Shown: positions 10,142-20,609, counted from the first letter of the stretch. The stretch: DNA of 43,833 nucleotides from a bacterium (GCA_049472315.1 JBLIRN010000025.1:1-43833), one strand, 5' to 3'. Notes: generated by a model from the letters alone, not told the origin. A program made the numbers and translations.

Positions 10142-10741
10142 TTACAAAAAGGTCCCGGTGAAGGTGAGCGCAGGATTCAGAAGCTGTGCCGCAGTCAAGA
10201 GGGAGGGATTTATCCCGTAATATCCCTGCCAGAAGGGATTGACCAGGGGGACCCAGAAGTTGAGCCAGGCAGCCGGGTCAAAGGTATACAAGGTCTCGAA
10301 TCCGAGCGGAAGGGAGATCGGCGCGGGCACTATGGAGGTCCCCGTAGTGGTCGTTGTCGCTGTCTGCATATAGGTGGGAGGCCATGTCTTGAAGGAGGTA
10401 AACGCAGAAACAAGCCCTTCCAAGGGGTCAAAATATTTCAGAACCGGATTCCCGTAAGAGGGGATATAGTTGTAGAGCAGATAGAGGTAGGGCACGGCAG
10501 GGTCCCAGACGAGCGCAGGTTGAACAGGAAGAAAGGTGTTCACGTCCAGTGTGCTGACAAGCGGGGTAGGTGCCCCGGTCACGGGGTCGGGTGGTGAGAG
10601 CACCGGTGACCATAGGGGCCACAGGACGTTATAGGGGGGAAGGGCGGTCCATCCCTGGGCAAACACCGCGTGAGAGACAAAAAAAACGCTCACCAGGATC
10701 ACGGTGAGGGTGAGTATACATAGCGCAACGTTTCTTTTCAT
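10142..10741 (-). CDS. Exported Pro/Leu/Trp-rich hypothetical protein
   Basis: Signal peptide MKRNVALCILTLTVILVSVFFVSHAVFA-Q, then GWTALPPYNVLWPLWSPVLSPPDP. Start codon uncertain. Confidence 0.7.
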   Translation of the reverse strand: MKRNVALCILTLTVILVSVFFVSHAVFAQGWTALPPYNVLWPLWSPVLSPPDPVTGAPTPLVSTLDVNTFLPVQPALVWDPAVPYLYLLYNYIPSYGNPVLKYFDPLEGLVSAFTSFKTWPPTYMQTATTTTTGTSIVPAPISLPLGFETLYTFDPAAWLNFWVPLVNPFWQGYYGINPSLLTAAQLLNPALTFTGTFL

Positions 10742-11090
10742 ACCTCCGTACCTGCCTTTCGTCATATCCTTGCACATATACTCTCGTCCCCAAAGGGCGA
10801 ACAACAGCGATCAGGGCTTGATGGAATATGCAGCCTCCGCGGACATCCCTCCTTTCGTAAGGTTTTTCAAGCGGCATATTCACGAAGATCCCGGGATGTC
10901 AATCCGGGTGCCGTAATGTGCTCTTGGCGTGCCGTTTTTCCGTAGAAATTGATTAAAAAAGAATATTCTTATTAAATTATAACATCCCTGCTGGATCTCC
11001 TCAACCCGGATGCTCCAAAAGGCTTGCCCTGTAAGGCAATCGCCCTATATACGGCCCCTCGTGATCGATATCGATATGCGTAGTATATAG

Positions 11091-11123
11091 GGAGGCCGCC
11101 CGCGATATCCGCGGGCGACCTCC
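11091..11123 (-). terminator. GC-rich stem-loop after the dehydrogenase gene
   Basis: ggaggccgcccgcg/cgcgggcgacctcc inverted repeat about 20 nt past the stop; weak U tract. Confidence 0.45.
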
Positions 11124-11142
11124 TGAAAAAGGTTTTCCGATA

Positions 11143-13872
11143 TCAATAATCGTAGGCGCCCTCGTCGATCCAGGTCCTGATGAATGAAAGCCCTTGGCTG
11201 GTAAGAGGACCCAGGTTCAAGGGCATGCGGGCCTCATTCGCCGGAAGGCCGATGCCGCTCACCCTCTGGTAGAGGACGCTGTTCGCTGAATCACCAGGCA
11301 CGACCAGTATGCCGTCGCCGCTCCCCGTGTACTCGGCATCCTCATCGACGAGGTTGTCGTATGCAACGCCAGCGGTCAAGGGGAGGAAATTCGCACTCCC
11401 CTGTGAATTGTGACACTGGACGCACCTGCTGGTGAAGATGGGCTGCACCTGCTGGCTGAAGGTCACCGATCCCACGGATATCAGCAGATTGATGTCGGTG
11501 CCTGCGGGGACAGAGGTGCCGGCAGCGGGATTCTGGTCGATCACCCTGCCGGGAGGTATCGTGGTGCTGTAATCAAGCGTGATTGCACCTAGATCGAGGT
11601 TGCAGGAGGTGATTTCATCCTCTGCCTCGTCCACGGTCATTCCCTCCACGTCGGGCACAATCGGGCTGGTGCACAGGGTGACCGTGAAGGAACGGACCAC
11701 CACGACACCGCGGTCTCCAACCACCGGTGCATCAGCACCGGGGAATTCGAAGGTGCCGATGGTATCGGCGTCCGTGTGGAGCATGGCGTGGAGCACCTCG
11801 TCATCATCCGCATCCCGGTACAGATCGACGGTGATATCGGTGGTGGTGCCTGCATCCACGTGCGCTTGGCCGATCACAACCGAGGTGCTGTCGTGGATCA
11901 CGATCCATCCGGGGCCGTCGTATCCTACGGCTGCCACGGTCACCTCGTCATACGGGAAGATCGTCTGATCATACACGTTGACGAAGGGAACCGAGCCGGA
12001 GGTGGGGAGCATGCGATAGACCTTGCCGGTATTCCCTGAAGGCCCGGGATTCTCGGAGGTAAGTACGTACAGCTCATTGTCGGCATCCTGGCCGAAGGAG
12101 AGGACGTACTCGTTCAGGCGGTCGTCCTTACTGGACGCCACCTGGATTTCACCCATGGGCCACAGCATACCGTCCTCGGGCGCCGGGGTGGCGATGAACA
12201 GGGTCCCATCCGGGTCGCCTGTGGCGCTCCAGTCACCGAACACGTATTTCCCGTTGAAACCGGTAAGGTAGCTCCCCCGGTATACGTAGCCGCCGATTAC
12301 CGCCGAGCCGATGCCGTCGGCATTCCGGTACTCGATAATCGGATTGGTGAGCTGTAAGCCGTTCGGGCCTATGCTGGGGCAGGAGGAAGGCGACTGGTTC
12401 GGATTGGAGGGATTGAAGCAGTGTGTGCCCTCCTTGATGTTCCACCCGTAGTTTCTCCCCTTGTTGACGATGCTTACCTCCTCCCAGAGGTTCTGCCCGG
12501 CATCCGCCACGAACAGGTCGTGATCGCCCGCTGCGTCAAAGGACATGCGGAAGGGGTTTCGGAACCCGAAGGCGAATATCTCGTCGAGCCCGGTTTTATC
12601 CACGAACGGGTTGTCATCGGGAATGCCGTACTCGAGGCTGCCCGTTGTGGTGTTTACATCGATGCGCAGGATGCTCCCCAGAAGGCCGCCGGCAAGGGTG
12701 ACTATGTCCTGGCCGTTTCCGACCTGGGCATTATGGCCGGTGGCGGTGTCATTGGAGCCGCCGCCATCCCCGAGGGAGATGTACAGGTAGCCGTCTTCGG
12801 GGCCGAAGACGAGCTGGCCTGCATTGTGGTTGCTCTGAGGCTGATCCACCTGCAGGATGATGTCCTCGGAGTCAGGATCCGCCATATTGGGATCCCCGGA
12901 ATCGATCGAGAATTCGGAGATGGTGCTGGTGTGATTCCATCCGACGGGTGCGCCCGATCTGAGCGGGGCACTGTAGTAGACGAAGAATCGGCCGTTGGTG
13001 GCAAAATCGGGGTGGAAGGCGAGGCCGAGAAGCCCGCGCTCGTCGTAATTGGCATTAAGATTGCCCATGTTGTCGCTTATATCCAGGAAGGGTTCCGGTA
13101 GTACACTGCCGTCGGGCATCAGGATCGTGATCTCGCCCGTCTGGTCAACGATGAACAGCCTGCCGGAGCCGTCGCCGGGAGACACCAGCCCCACCGGTGC
13201 GTCGAATCCGTCCGCCACCATCTCGAGGGCCACCGTCATCTGTGGGCCGCGTGAGACCTTGAGGGTCACGGCTGACCCCCTGGCCACCTGGGTATCGGCA
13301 GACGGGTTCTGGCTGATCACATATCCGGCCGGCACGTTCGGATCATACTCGCGGGTTATGGTCCCTACCGTGAGCTGTGCGGCAACGATGTCCTCGGCAG
13401 CCTCCGCCTCGGTGAGACCTACCACGTCGGGAACCGTCCTGACAGGCTGCTGAGGCGTGTAAGGAGGATAGGGGTAGTAGGGTGTGTAGGGAAATGGGGA
13501 GAAATAGCCTGGGGAAAACGGCAATCGGGGGAATGCCTGGTATTGACGGTACGGTTGAAATTGCGGGAATTGAGAGTACTGCGGTAGCTGCTGGTAGACG
13601 CGGGGCTGGAAGTATGTCGGTTGAAACCAGGGGAGCTGCTGAAACTGGTAGGAAGGAAAATTCCCGTACGGGAATGGCCCGAAATATGATGGGAATGTCT
13701 GTTGCTGGATCTGCGGGTATTGAAACTGCTGGTTATAAAAGGTGCCCGGCAGATAGGGATACCCCAGATTTGTCTGAGGAAACTGCGCACATGTGTACGG
13801 GCCTTGTATGAACACGAGCAAAAAGACGATTGACACAATCGTCATTATTGTGAGGAGTGAGTGTCGTTTCAT
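11143..13872 (-). CDS. Exported multidomain PQQ-dependent sugar dehydrogenase (GSDH family) with two PASTA domains and a C-terminal monoheme cytochrome c
   Basis: Signal peptide; PASTA VPDVVGLTEAEA...VISQNP twice; GSDH motifs ERGLLGLAFHPDF, NHNAGQLVFGP, GFRNPFRMSFD; CVQCH heme motif followed by RMP...IRTWIDEGA. Confidence 0.9.
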   Translation of the reverse strand: MKRHSLLTIMTIVSIVFLLVFIQGPYTCAQFPQTNLGYPYLPGTFYNQQFQYPQIQQQTFPSYFGPFPYGNFPSYQFQQLPWFQPTYFQPRVYQQLPQYSQFPQFQPYRQYQAFPRLPFSPGYFSPFPYTPYYPYPPYTPQQPVRTVPDVVGLTEAEAAEDIVAAQLTVGTITREYDPNVPAGYVISQNPSADTQVARGSAVTLKVSRGPQMTVALEMVADGFDAPVGLVSPGDGSGRLFIVDQTGEITILMPDGSVLPEPFLDISDNMGNLNANYDERGLLGLAFHPDFATNGRFFVYYSAPLRSGAPVGWNHTSTISEFSIDSGDPNMADPDSEDIILQVDQPQSNHNAGQLVFGPEDGYLYISLGDGGGSNDTATGHNAQVGNGQDIVTLAGGLLGSILRIDVNTTTGSLEYGIPDDNPFVDKTGLDEIFAFGFRNPFRMSFDAAGDHDLFVADAGQNLWEEVSIVNKGRNYGWNIKEGTHCFNPSNPNQSPSSCPSIGPNGLQLTNPIIEYRNADGIGSAVIGGYVYRGSYLTGFNGKYVFGDWSATGDPDGTLFIATPAPEDGMLWPMGEIQVASSKDDRLNEYVLSFGQDADNELYVLTSENPGPSGNTGKVYRMLPTSGSVPFVNVYDQTIFPYDEVTVAAVGYDGPGWIVIHDSTSVVIGQAHVDAGTTTDITVDLYRDADDDEVLHAMLHTDADTIGTFEFPGADAPVVGDRGVVVVRSFTVTLCTSPIVPDVEGMTVDEAEDEITSCNLDLGAITLDYSTTIPPGRVIDQNPAAGTSVPAGTDINLLISVGSVTFSQQVQPIFTSRCVQCHNSQGSANFLPLTAGVAYDNLVDEDAEYTGSGDGILVVPGDSANSVLYQRVSGIGLPANEARMPLNLGPLTSQGLSFIRTWIDEGAYDY

Positions 13873-14665
13873 GGTGTTTCCTTTCTCTATGAACTCAATA
13901 GCGTATATGAGAGTTGATTTTGTTTGATTTGTTTCCCCGTATGCGTTAATGCGCACGCATAGGGCATAAGTGGGCTGGAAGAGAAAACGGAGGGGATCTC
14001 CCGGTATTAAGGGGAATACTTATGGCACGCATGATGAATTTTGGGGATTCAATGCATACGGCTGTTTCCGGAGATCGTTGCATCAGGGGCGAGCAAATAT
14101 GATAGGGGAAAAAGGCATCCTTTCCCGGGAATATACCCTTCGCATATGACCGAGGATGGCACGTGGGATGAATCATGGACGTTCGGAATTCCATATACAT
14201 ACTCCGCTGAAAGGATAAAACGGGTCGAATAGAATATGCGGAAATTTTTCTGACAATAAAGGTCGATACTACGTATTTTTTGGAGCTGAACAACTGCAGG
14301 AACGTGCAATTTTTTGCTCGTTAACAGGTGCCAATAGAGAACAACATGATGTATAATCGAGGATGGTATACACTACTATTTTAGTGTATGGCACCGGATA
14401 AGTCAAAAATACGGCAAACCTGCATCACATGATTCCCCTTGTGCCACCCACATAGCCGTATGTTCACTGAATAACCATCGCGATGTACCTGAGTATCACG
14501 GATCGTAAGATACTGTTTCTTGCGGGGGCAGTTTTCGAGCAGACCTTCATGCCACTTTGCGGCGCCATGAAGTATGAAAACATAATTTTCAATACGATAT
14601 GTACTATTTTCGAGACAAACCTTCGGCACCCACAAACAGAAAATCAGGAAAGGGGGTAGACTGCG

Positions 14666-16738
14666 ATGCAAAGCGATCACGCAGGGCATGAACAGCATGA
14701 CCACGCCGCGCATTCAGGGCCCGGCCATGGGAAACATCACCGCGGTAATAAACATCAAGGCCATCATGCGTCCCAGGACCACGGAGACCATCATGCGCAT
14801 ATGGTGGCGGATTTTAAACGAAGGTTCTGGGTATCGACGATCGTCACCATTCCCATCCTTGCCCTCTCCCCCATGATCCAGGAGTTCCTCGGACTGGGGG
14901 ATTCCCTGCGATTCGTGGGGGACCTGTACGTGCTCTTTCTCCTTGCCACCGTCGTCTTTGTCTATGGCGGCAGGCCCTTCATAATGGGGCTCATCGACGA
15001 GATCAGATCGCGAAACCCGGGGATGATGACCCTCATCGGGGTGGCCATCACCACCGCATACATTTACAGCGGCGCGGTGATCTTCGGTCTGGGGGGGAAG
15101 GTATTCTTTTGGGAGCTGGCCACCCTCATCGATATCATGCTCCTCGGCCACTGGGTGGAGATGAGATCGGTCATGGGCGCCTCCCGTGCATTGAAGGAAC
15201 TTGCTCAGCTTCTCCCCTCGCATGCCCATAAGGTCATGCCGGGCGGAGACATCCGGGATTTCCCCCTCAGCGAGATCCGGAAGGGAGACCGGGTGCTGGT
15301 GAAGCCCGGCGAGCGGGTGCCGGTTGATGGAGGCGTGGTGAAGGGGGAGTCCTCTATCGATGAATCCATGATCACCGGGGAGTCCTCACCTGTATACAAA
15401 AGGGCAGGGGAGAAGGTCATAGGGGGATCACTCAACGGAGAGGGCGCCATCACGGTGGAGGTGCACAAGACGGGGGAGGAATCCTTCCTCTCCCAGATGA
15501 TCGGGCTGGTCAGGGAGGCCCAGGAGAGCAAGTCAAGGAGCCAGGACCTTGCAAACAGGGCGGCCCTGTGGCTCACCGTCATCGCCCTCGGGTGCGGGGC
15601 CGTCACCCTTGCGGTATGGTGGTTTATGGTGGGAAGGGATTTCGCCTTTTCACTCGAGCGTACCGTCACGGTCATGGTCATCACCTGTCCCCATGCCCTG
15701 GGGTTGGCGATTCCCCTGGTGGTTGCCGTATCCACCGTTCTCTCTGCGCGGAACGGGCTTATCATCAGGAACCGCACGGCATTCGAGCGGGCACGGAACA
15801 TCCAGGCGATCATATTTGACAAGACCGGCACCATCACCACCGGGAGCTTCGGGGTCACCGACGTGATTCCCTTCGATCCCGGGAAAATGGATGAAGGGCA
15901 GGTGCTTCGCTATGCCGCGGCAGTGGAGGCGAATTCCGAGCATCCCATTGCCAGGGGCATCGTCTCATCCACGGAAGAAGTCCTTCATGTGGACGATTTC
16001 AGGGCCATCCCCGGCAAGGGCGCGGAGGGCACCGTCGAGGGGAAAAGGGTCAGGGTGGTCAGCTCGGGATACCTGCGGGAGCAGGGGATAGAGGGTTCGG
16101 ACAAGCGAGTGGATGAGATCTCCTCCCAGGGAAAGACCGTGGTCTTTATCATGGTCGAGGATGCACTGGTGGGGGCGGTTGGCCTTGCCGATACCATACG
16201 CCCTGAATCCAGGGAGGCCATAGCGCGCCTCAAGTCCATGGGCATTCAATGCATGATGCTCACCGGTGACCGCGGGGAGGTGGCCCGGTGGGTCTCGGAG
16301 CAGATCGGGCTTGACGAGTATTTTGCCGAGGTGCTTCCCCAGGAGAAGGCATCCAAGGTGCGGGAGGTCCAGGCAAAGGGGTTGGTGGTCGCCATGACCG
16401 GCGACGGGGTGAATGACGCCCCTGCCCTTGCACAGGCCGATGTGGGCATTGCCATCGGTGCGGGCACCGATATTGCGGTGGAGACCGCGGACATCATCCT
16501 GGTGAACAGCAATCCCCTGGATGCGGTGGCCATCATCGGACTTGCGCGGGCAACCTATGGAAAGATGCTGCAGAACCTGGCCTGGGCAACCGGGTACAAT
16601 GTGCTGGCCATTCCGCTTGCTGCGGGGGTGCTGTATCCTGTAGGCGTACTCCTGAGCCCTGCGGTGGGGGCGGTGCTCATGTCATTGAGCACGGTCATCG
16701 TTGCGGTCAATGCCACGTTTCTGAAGGTGAAGCGATAG
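14666..16738 (+). CDS. copB: Copper-translocating P1B-3 type ATPase
   Basis: His-rich N-terminus; TGES, CPHALGL, DKTGT, HP and GDGVNDAP motifs; YN and MSLS membrane ligands. Confidence 0.92.
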   Translation: MQSDHAGHEQHDHAAHSGPGHGKHHRGNKHQGHHASQDHGDHHAHMVADFKRRFWVSTIVTIPILALSPMIQEFLGLGDSLRFVGDLYVLFLLATVVFVYGGRPFIMGLIDEIRSRNPGMMTLIGVAITTAYIYSGAVIFGLGGKVFFWELATLIDIMLLGHWVEMRSVMGASRALKELAQLLPSHAHKVMPGGDIRDFPLSEIRKGDRVLVKPGERVPVDGGVVKGESSIDESMITGESSPVYKRAGEKVIGGSLNGEGAITVEVHKTGEESFLSQMIGLVREAQESKSRSQDLANRAALWLTVIALGCGAVTLAVWWFMVGRDFAFSLERTVTVMVITCPHALGLAIPLVVAVSTVLSARNGLIIRNRTAFERARNIQAIIFDKTGTITTGSFGVTDVIPFDPGKMDEGQVLRYAAAVEANSEHPIARGIVSSTEEVLHVDDFRAIPGKGAEGTVEGKRVRVVSSGYLREQGIEGSDKRVDEISSQGKTVVFIMVEDALVGAVGLADTIRPESREAIARLKSMGIQCMMLTGDRGEVARWVSEQIGLDEYFAEVLPQEKASKVREVQAKGLVVAMTGDGVNDAPALAQADVGIAIGAGTDIAVETADIILVNSNPLDAVAIIGLARATYGKMLQNLAWATGYNVLAIPLAAGVLYPVGVLLSPAVGAVLMSLSTVIVAVNATFLKVKR

Positions 16739-16867
16739 CAGGAAATTACACCCGCATGTATGATAATGCCCAAGGCCCGGGTGGACGATTCATTGCGGCG
16801 GCGATCAATAATGCCGCAACCTCGTATTCAGGATAATGCCCCCGGTCCGAATGTACAGCCCAACCGA

Positions 16868-17377
16868 TCAAATGGCGAGGCTGAGCCAGGCAAGGGCTGC
16901 GGCGACATCAGGGTTCCCCGTATTGATCAGGGCGTTGAGGAGAAAGGGATTATCCAGAAGGCTCGGGTCCTGGATGATCAGGGTGAGCACCGCGGTTACC
17001 TGGGGATTCCCGGTGTTGATGATCCAGTCGGCAATAATGACCCCTGCAATGGTGGTTACCGGGGTGAGCGGCACGAGCGAGGTCACTGCCGCAATGGTCG
17101 CCGTGGGAGCGGGAGAGACCGCGGGGGCGGTGAATGTGAGCGGTGCGACCGGTACGGGATTGAGATACCCGGTATTGTAGTAAGGCGACACATAGAAGGG
17201 GTTATAGAACGAGGAATATGAGGTATAGAGCGGGGAAAAGGGATAGGAGAAGGGTGAGAAGAAATACGACCCCGGATAGTAGAAGCCGAACTGGGCCGTA
17301 ACAATGGCCCGTGTCATGAGCAGGATCAAGAATACCAGAACAACGCAGAATAGAAGGAATCCGATATTGTCTCTCAT
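16868..17377 (-). CDS. Exported Tyr/Phe/Pro-rich hydrophobic hypothetical protein
   Basis: GGAGG RBS; signal peptide ending TA-Q; aromatic-rich segment; INTGNP occurs twice. Confidence 0.7.
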   Translation of the reverse strand: MRDNIGFLLFCVVLVFLILLMTRAIVTAQFGFYYPGSYFFSPFSYPFSPLYTSYSSFYNPFYVSPYYNTGYLNPVPVAPLTFTAPAVSPAPTATIAAVTSLVPLTPVTTIAGVIIADWIINTGNPQVTAVLTLIIQDPSLLDNPFLLNALINTGNPDVAAALAWLSLAI

Positions 17378-17517
17378 AACCTTACCTCCCTGTTTCACCT
17401 ATGAACCCGGATCACGTGCCTATGACGGTGCCTTCTCCTGCAATGCACCTGTTTCACACAGTGAGATTCCCCATTTGTTATTCTCACCGGTGCCTTTTCA
17501 ATTATACGATTTTGAAT

Positions 17518-17533
17518 AGCAAGAAAAATGCCA
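17518..17533 (-). promoter_or_regulatory. Sigma54 (-24/-12) promoter
   Basis: Minus strand TGGCAT-TTTTC-TTGCT matches TGGCAC-N5-TTGCW, 140 nt upstream of the 17377 start. Confidence 0.6.
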
Positions 17534-17927
17534 CAGGAAATAATCTATATTTATAAATAAATTCAAAGAGTTTCGTATGGAGAACGGATATGTTCCGGAC
17601 AATGCAATGCCTCCGGGTCATATACCGTATGAGATGAAACGATGCGCGGCAAGTATATAAAAGTTACGAAAATACAGCGGATTGTCCTTTGGTGGCTCAC
17701 GTCGAAAGCAGGGTGTTGTCATGCATTTTATACCTCTTCGTCCCTTTTTAACCCTTTGCGAGGGTGATTGCTTCACTCCAAATACAGAAAGAACAGGAAA
17801 GGCATATTCGTTGATTAAATGAAAAAACACATCTATACTGCTTCCAGTATCAGGAATGTCACGTTACGTGCTGACAGGCACCCGAGGAACAAGGCATATT
17901 CCTTTCAGACACTGCAAGGAGGTTATT

Positions 17928-18389
17928 GTGTCAGCGGACACGGAAGAACTGGTCACCAAGATTCAATCCCTGTTTCAATCGCAGAGCCTGGGTGTTCTGG
18001 CAACGCGCGGCAGGGAATATCCCTACTGCACGCTGGTGGGTGTTGCCGGAATGGAAGATCTGAGGTACGTTATATTCGCGACCCTGCGGAATACCCGGAA
18101 ATATGCGAACATCAGGGCATATCCCATGATCTCCATATTGATCGACTCCAGGTCGAACCGGGTTGAGGACTTCAAGGATGCCATGGCCTTGACTGTACTG
18201 GGCAATGCGCACGAGGCGGAAGGTGAAGAGAGGGAGAGGCTATCCGGGTTATACCTGGAAAGGCACCCCCATCTCAGGGAATTTCTCCGGGACCCCGATT
18301 GCGCACTCATGGCCCTTGAAGTGGAACGATATATCCTGGTGACCCGGTTCCAACAGGTCATGGAGATGGATATACCCCCATCCCATTGA
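17928..18389 (+). CDS. Pyridoxamine 5'-phosphate oxidase-like FMN-binding protein
   Basis: AGGAGG RBS then GTG; LGVLAT...PYCTLV...FATLRNTRKYANI...ALTVLG pattern. Confidence 0.85.
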   Translation: MSADTEELVTKIQSLFQSQSLGVLATRGREYPYCTLVGVAGMEDLRYVIFATLRNTRKYANIRAYPMISILIDSRSNRVEDFKDAMALTVLGNAHEAEGEERERLSGLYLERHPHLREFLRDPDCALMALEVERYILVTRFQQVMEMDIPPSH

Positions 18390-18558
18390 TCCATGAAATT
18401 CGGCAGGTCCGATGAGAGGACAACGGAACGGCAGTTCGCAGATTCTTCCGAAAATCTCCGTCTGCCGGTCAATCCTCGTTATTAAAGGGACCGGCCCCGA
18501 TCGGGGATTCCCGGGGCTTGCATGACGATGAGACTCACATCATCAAGGGAGTGTGCAT

Positions 18559-19005
18559 ATGGCAACGTATAAACAGATTCAACCGGGCAAGGTGTTCATG
18601 GGGAAGCTGTCCCACGGCGCCGATCTATTGGGGGAACTCACCGACATATGCATCAGGGAGGGGATCCGTCTCGGCCGCATCGAGGCATTCGGGGCCGTTC
18701 AGAAGGCCGCCCTGGGGTTCTATGATCAACGCACACGCACCTATCAGGGCTTCGCCCTGGATCGCCCGCTGGAGATCACCAAACTGATCGGCAATGTCTC
18801 CCTCAAAGAGGGAAAACCCATGGTCCATGCACATATCACACTGGCGGACAAGGATGGCTCCGCTTATGGCGGCCACCTCATGCCCGGAACGATCATCTTC
18901 GCGTGTGAATTCGTACTCCAGGTCTTTGAAGGTCCCGTATTTCACAGAGAATATGATGAACGTACCGGGCTGCCGCTGTGGAACATGGATTCTCAGCAGA
19001 TCTAG
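18559..19005 (+). CDS. PPC/DUF296 domain protein
   Basis: GAVQKA; EITKLIGNVS; HAHITLAD...GGHL...CE metal-site motifs. Confidence 0.9.
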   Translation: MATYKQIQPGKVFMGKLSHGADLLGELTDICIREGIRLGRIEAFGAVQKAALGFYDQRTRTYQGFALDRPLEITKLIGNVSLKEGKPMVHAHITLADKDGSAYGGHLMPGTIIFACEFVLQVFEGPVFHREYDERTGLPLWNMDSQQI

Positions 19006-19306
19006 TCTTCCCAGGTCTTTTACTGTAAGGTTATGCGGAGATTTTATGGTACCGGCGGCTCAGCGGTCTCCTTCTGTCACCCCGGTTGTCCTATAGGCAC
19101 CTTATCCGTGAACGCTCCATCCGGTGCGCGATATTAATGCGCGTCTCAGGGCGGGATTGCACCTCTATCGGATCGTATCTGAAGCCGTCTCCGGTGTTTT
19201 CAGCAAACATGCCGATTCGTGTGGGATCAGTCCCCTGCTTTGGTCAGATAAGGTCATCCAGGATGATTCCATTTTTGAGGATTTCTACAGGCCTTTTGAT
19301 TACTGC

Positions 19307-19705
19307 TTAGACAAGCAACTCGATATTGAGAAACCTCTTTATGCTGGTGAAATGCCGGTCCAGAGAAAAAATGATGCACCCGTTTTCGTCTGCCATCACA
19401 GCAATATAGCAGTCAATGATGCTCATTGTAACGCCCTTTTTTTTCATTGAGAAGGAGAGCCTCCCTGCCTTCAGCCATGTATCTTGTGTATGATCAATGA
19501 CATGGAATGCATCTATGAAATCCTCTATCACCGTGATTTCCTTCTCGGACCTTGCGCCCTGAATAAGCTCGGCAAGAACCACCTTCGGCACATAAATATG
19601 CCCGTAAGTCAGCGCCTCATCCACCTTGTTTTGAAACTGGGCGTCAGTACCCTTGAAGTAATCGATCCATACAGAGGTGTCTATTAAGATTCTTCTATCG
19701 TTCAC
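19307..19705 (-). CDS. vapC: PIN-domain VapC toxin
   Basis: ILIDTSVWIDYF, VLAEL.QG, IDCYIA, SLDRHF; GTG start overlaps the antitoxin end. Confidence 0.9.
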   Translation of the reverse strand: MNDRRILIDTSVWIDYFKGTDAQFQNKVDEALTYGHIYVPKVVLAELIQGARSEKEITVIEDFIDAFHVIDHTQDTWLKAGRLSFSMKKKGVTMSIIDCYIAVMADENGCIIFSLDRHFTSIKRFLNIELLV

Positions 19706-19892
19706 GATGTCTGATTTCATCGGCTGTCATGTTGAATTCGAGTTTACCCTTCATTGCCTTGATCTTCTCTATTTTCTTCCGCTTCAAATACTCGTCGATC
19801 GCAATCTTCACCGCAGATGCCTTGCTTTTTGATTTCGTCTCTTTCATGAGCAGGTCAAGCTTATCGTTGTCAATCGTCACTGTTGCACGCAT
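19695..19892 (-). CDS. vapB: VapB-family antitoxin
   Basis: 65 aa, MRATVTIDNDKL...KSKASAVKIAIDEY ribbon-helix-helix-like pattern; AGGAGG RBS; directly upstream of the PIN gene. Confidence 0.85.
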   Translation of the reverse strand: MRATVTIDNDKLDLLMKETKSKSKASAVKIAIDEYLKRKKIEKIKAMKGKLEFNMTADEIRHRER

Positions 19893-19960
19893 AATGCCTC
19901 CTTTTTTGTGATATTCTCATACACAACTATATCATATTTTTTGTGCACAATCAATGCTCG

Positions 19961-20111
19961 TCCTATCTGGCCATTTTCGGGCTGGGTATTCGCGTCCATC
20001 TGAATAGCCCTGGATTGAACGACCATGATCAGTATTAATGGTGTCTATAAGGATCTGGGCGAGTTTAAACTGGAGGGGGTGAACCTGATCGTAAAGGCTG
20101 GGGAATATTAT
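19961..20111 (+). pseudogene. Relic of an ABC transporter permease 3' end / ATPase 5' end junction (ModBC/WtpBC-like)
   Basis: SYLAIFGLGIRVHL...HDQY* overlaps MISINGVYKDLGEFKLEGVNLIVKAGEYY, which breaks off just before the expected Walker A. Confidence 0.55.
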
Positions 20112-20402
20112 CCTCCTGGAGACCATATAAAAACATATTGCGCCGTATATTTTCCTGGTGGTATACTGCATTTTCCTTTCCATCTGCTGCTGATTTTTCT
20201 TCGGACATCAGCCTTGACAAGGATCAAAATTCCGCCTACTCTTCTATTGAGAAAACAAATTCTTATCAATCCTATTTTCTCCGCTGAATTTTTTGGTTCA
20301 ATCAGGGCATGTTCTTTATCCTGATCCGTGGATCAGGATGGTTTGCCAGAAGAACGGATTGCCCGACCGGGAAAGGGTCTGGTATACAAAAAGGGAGGGA
20401 TT

Positions 20403-20609
20403 ATGTGCCTGTCAAACGTATATGTCGATACAAAGAAACAGGAGAACCTTGTGCTGCAGGAGGTAGTGCGGGTGAGTGCGGATGGTGAGGATATTCGGAT
20501 TCAGACACTTATTGGTGACAGTAAAAGAATGGAGGGTTATTATATACGGCAGGTGGACTTCATGGAAAACTATATGATACTGGAAAAAAAGGGCAAGGCA
20601 AATGCATGA
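20403..20609 (+). CDS. cooT: CooT-family nickel-binding protein
   Basis: 68 aa, N-terminal MCLSNVY; V..V...GE.I...TL.G; IRQVDF; GGGAGGG RBS. Confidence 0.85.
   Translation: MCLSNVYVDTKKQENLVLQEVVRVSADGEDIRIQTLIGDSKRMEGYYIRQVDFMENYMILEKKGKANA

Noticed and set aside
13957..14665. ncRNA or small genes in the 700-bp divergent intergenic region
   Set aside because: Only short scattered hairpins and ORFs without RBS or motifs; nothing supportable.
17590..17800. c-di-GMP riboswitch in the intergenic region
   Set aside because: Only one GNRA-like hairpin (accctttgcgagggt); the rest of the consensus is absent.
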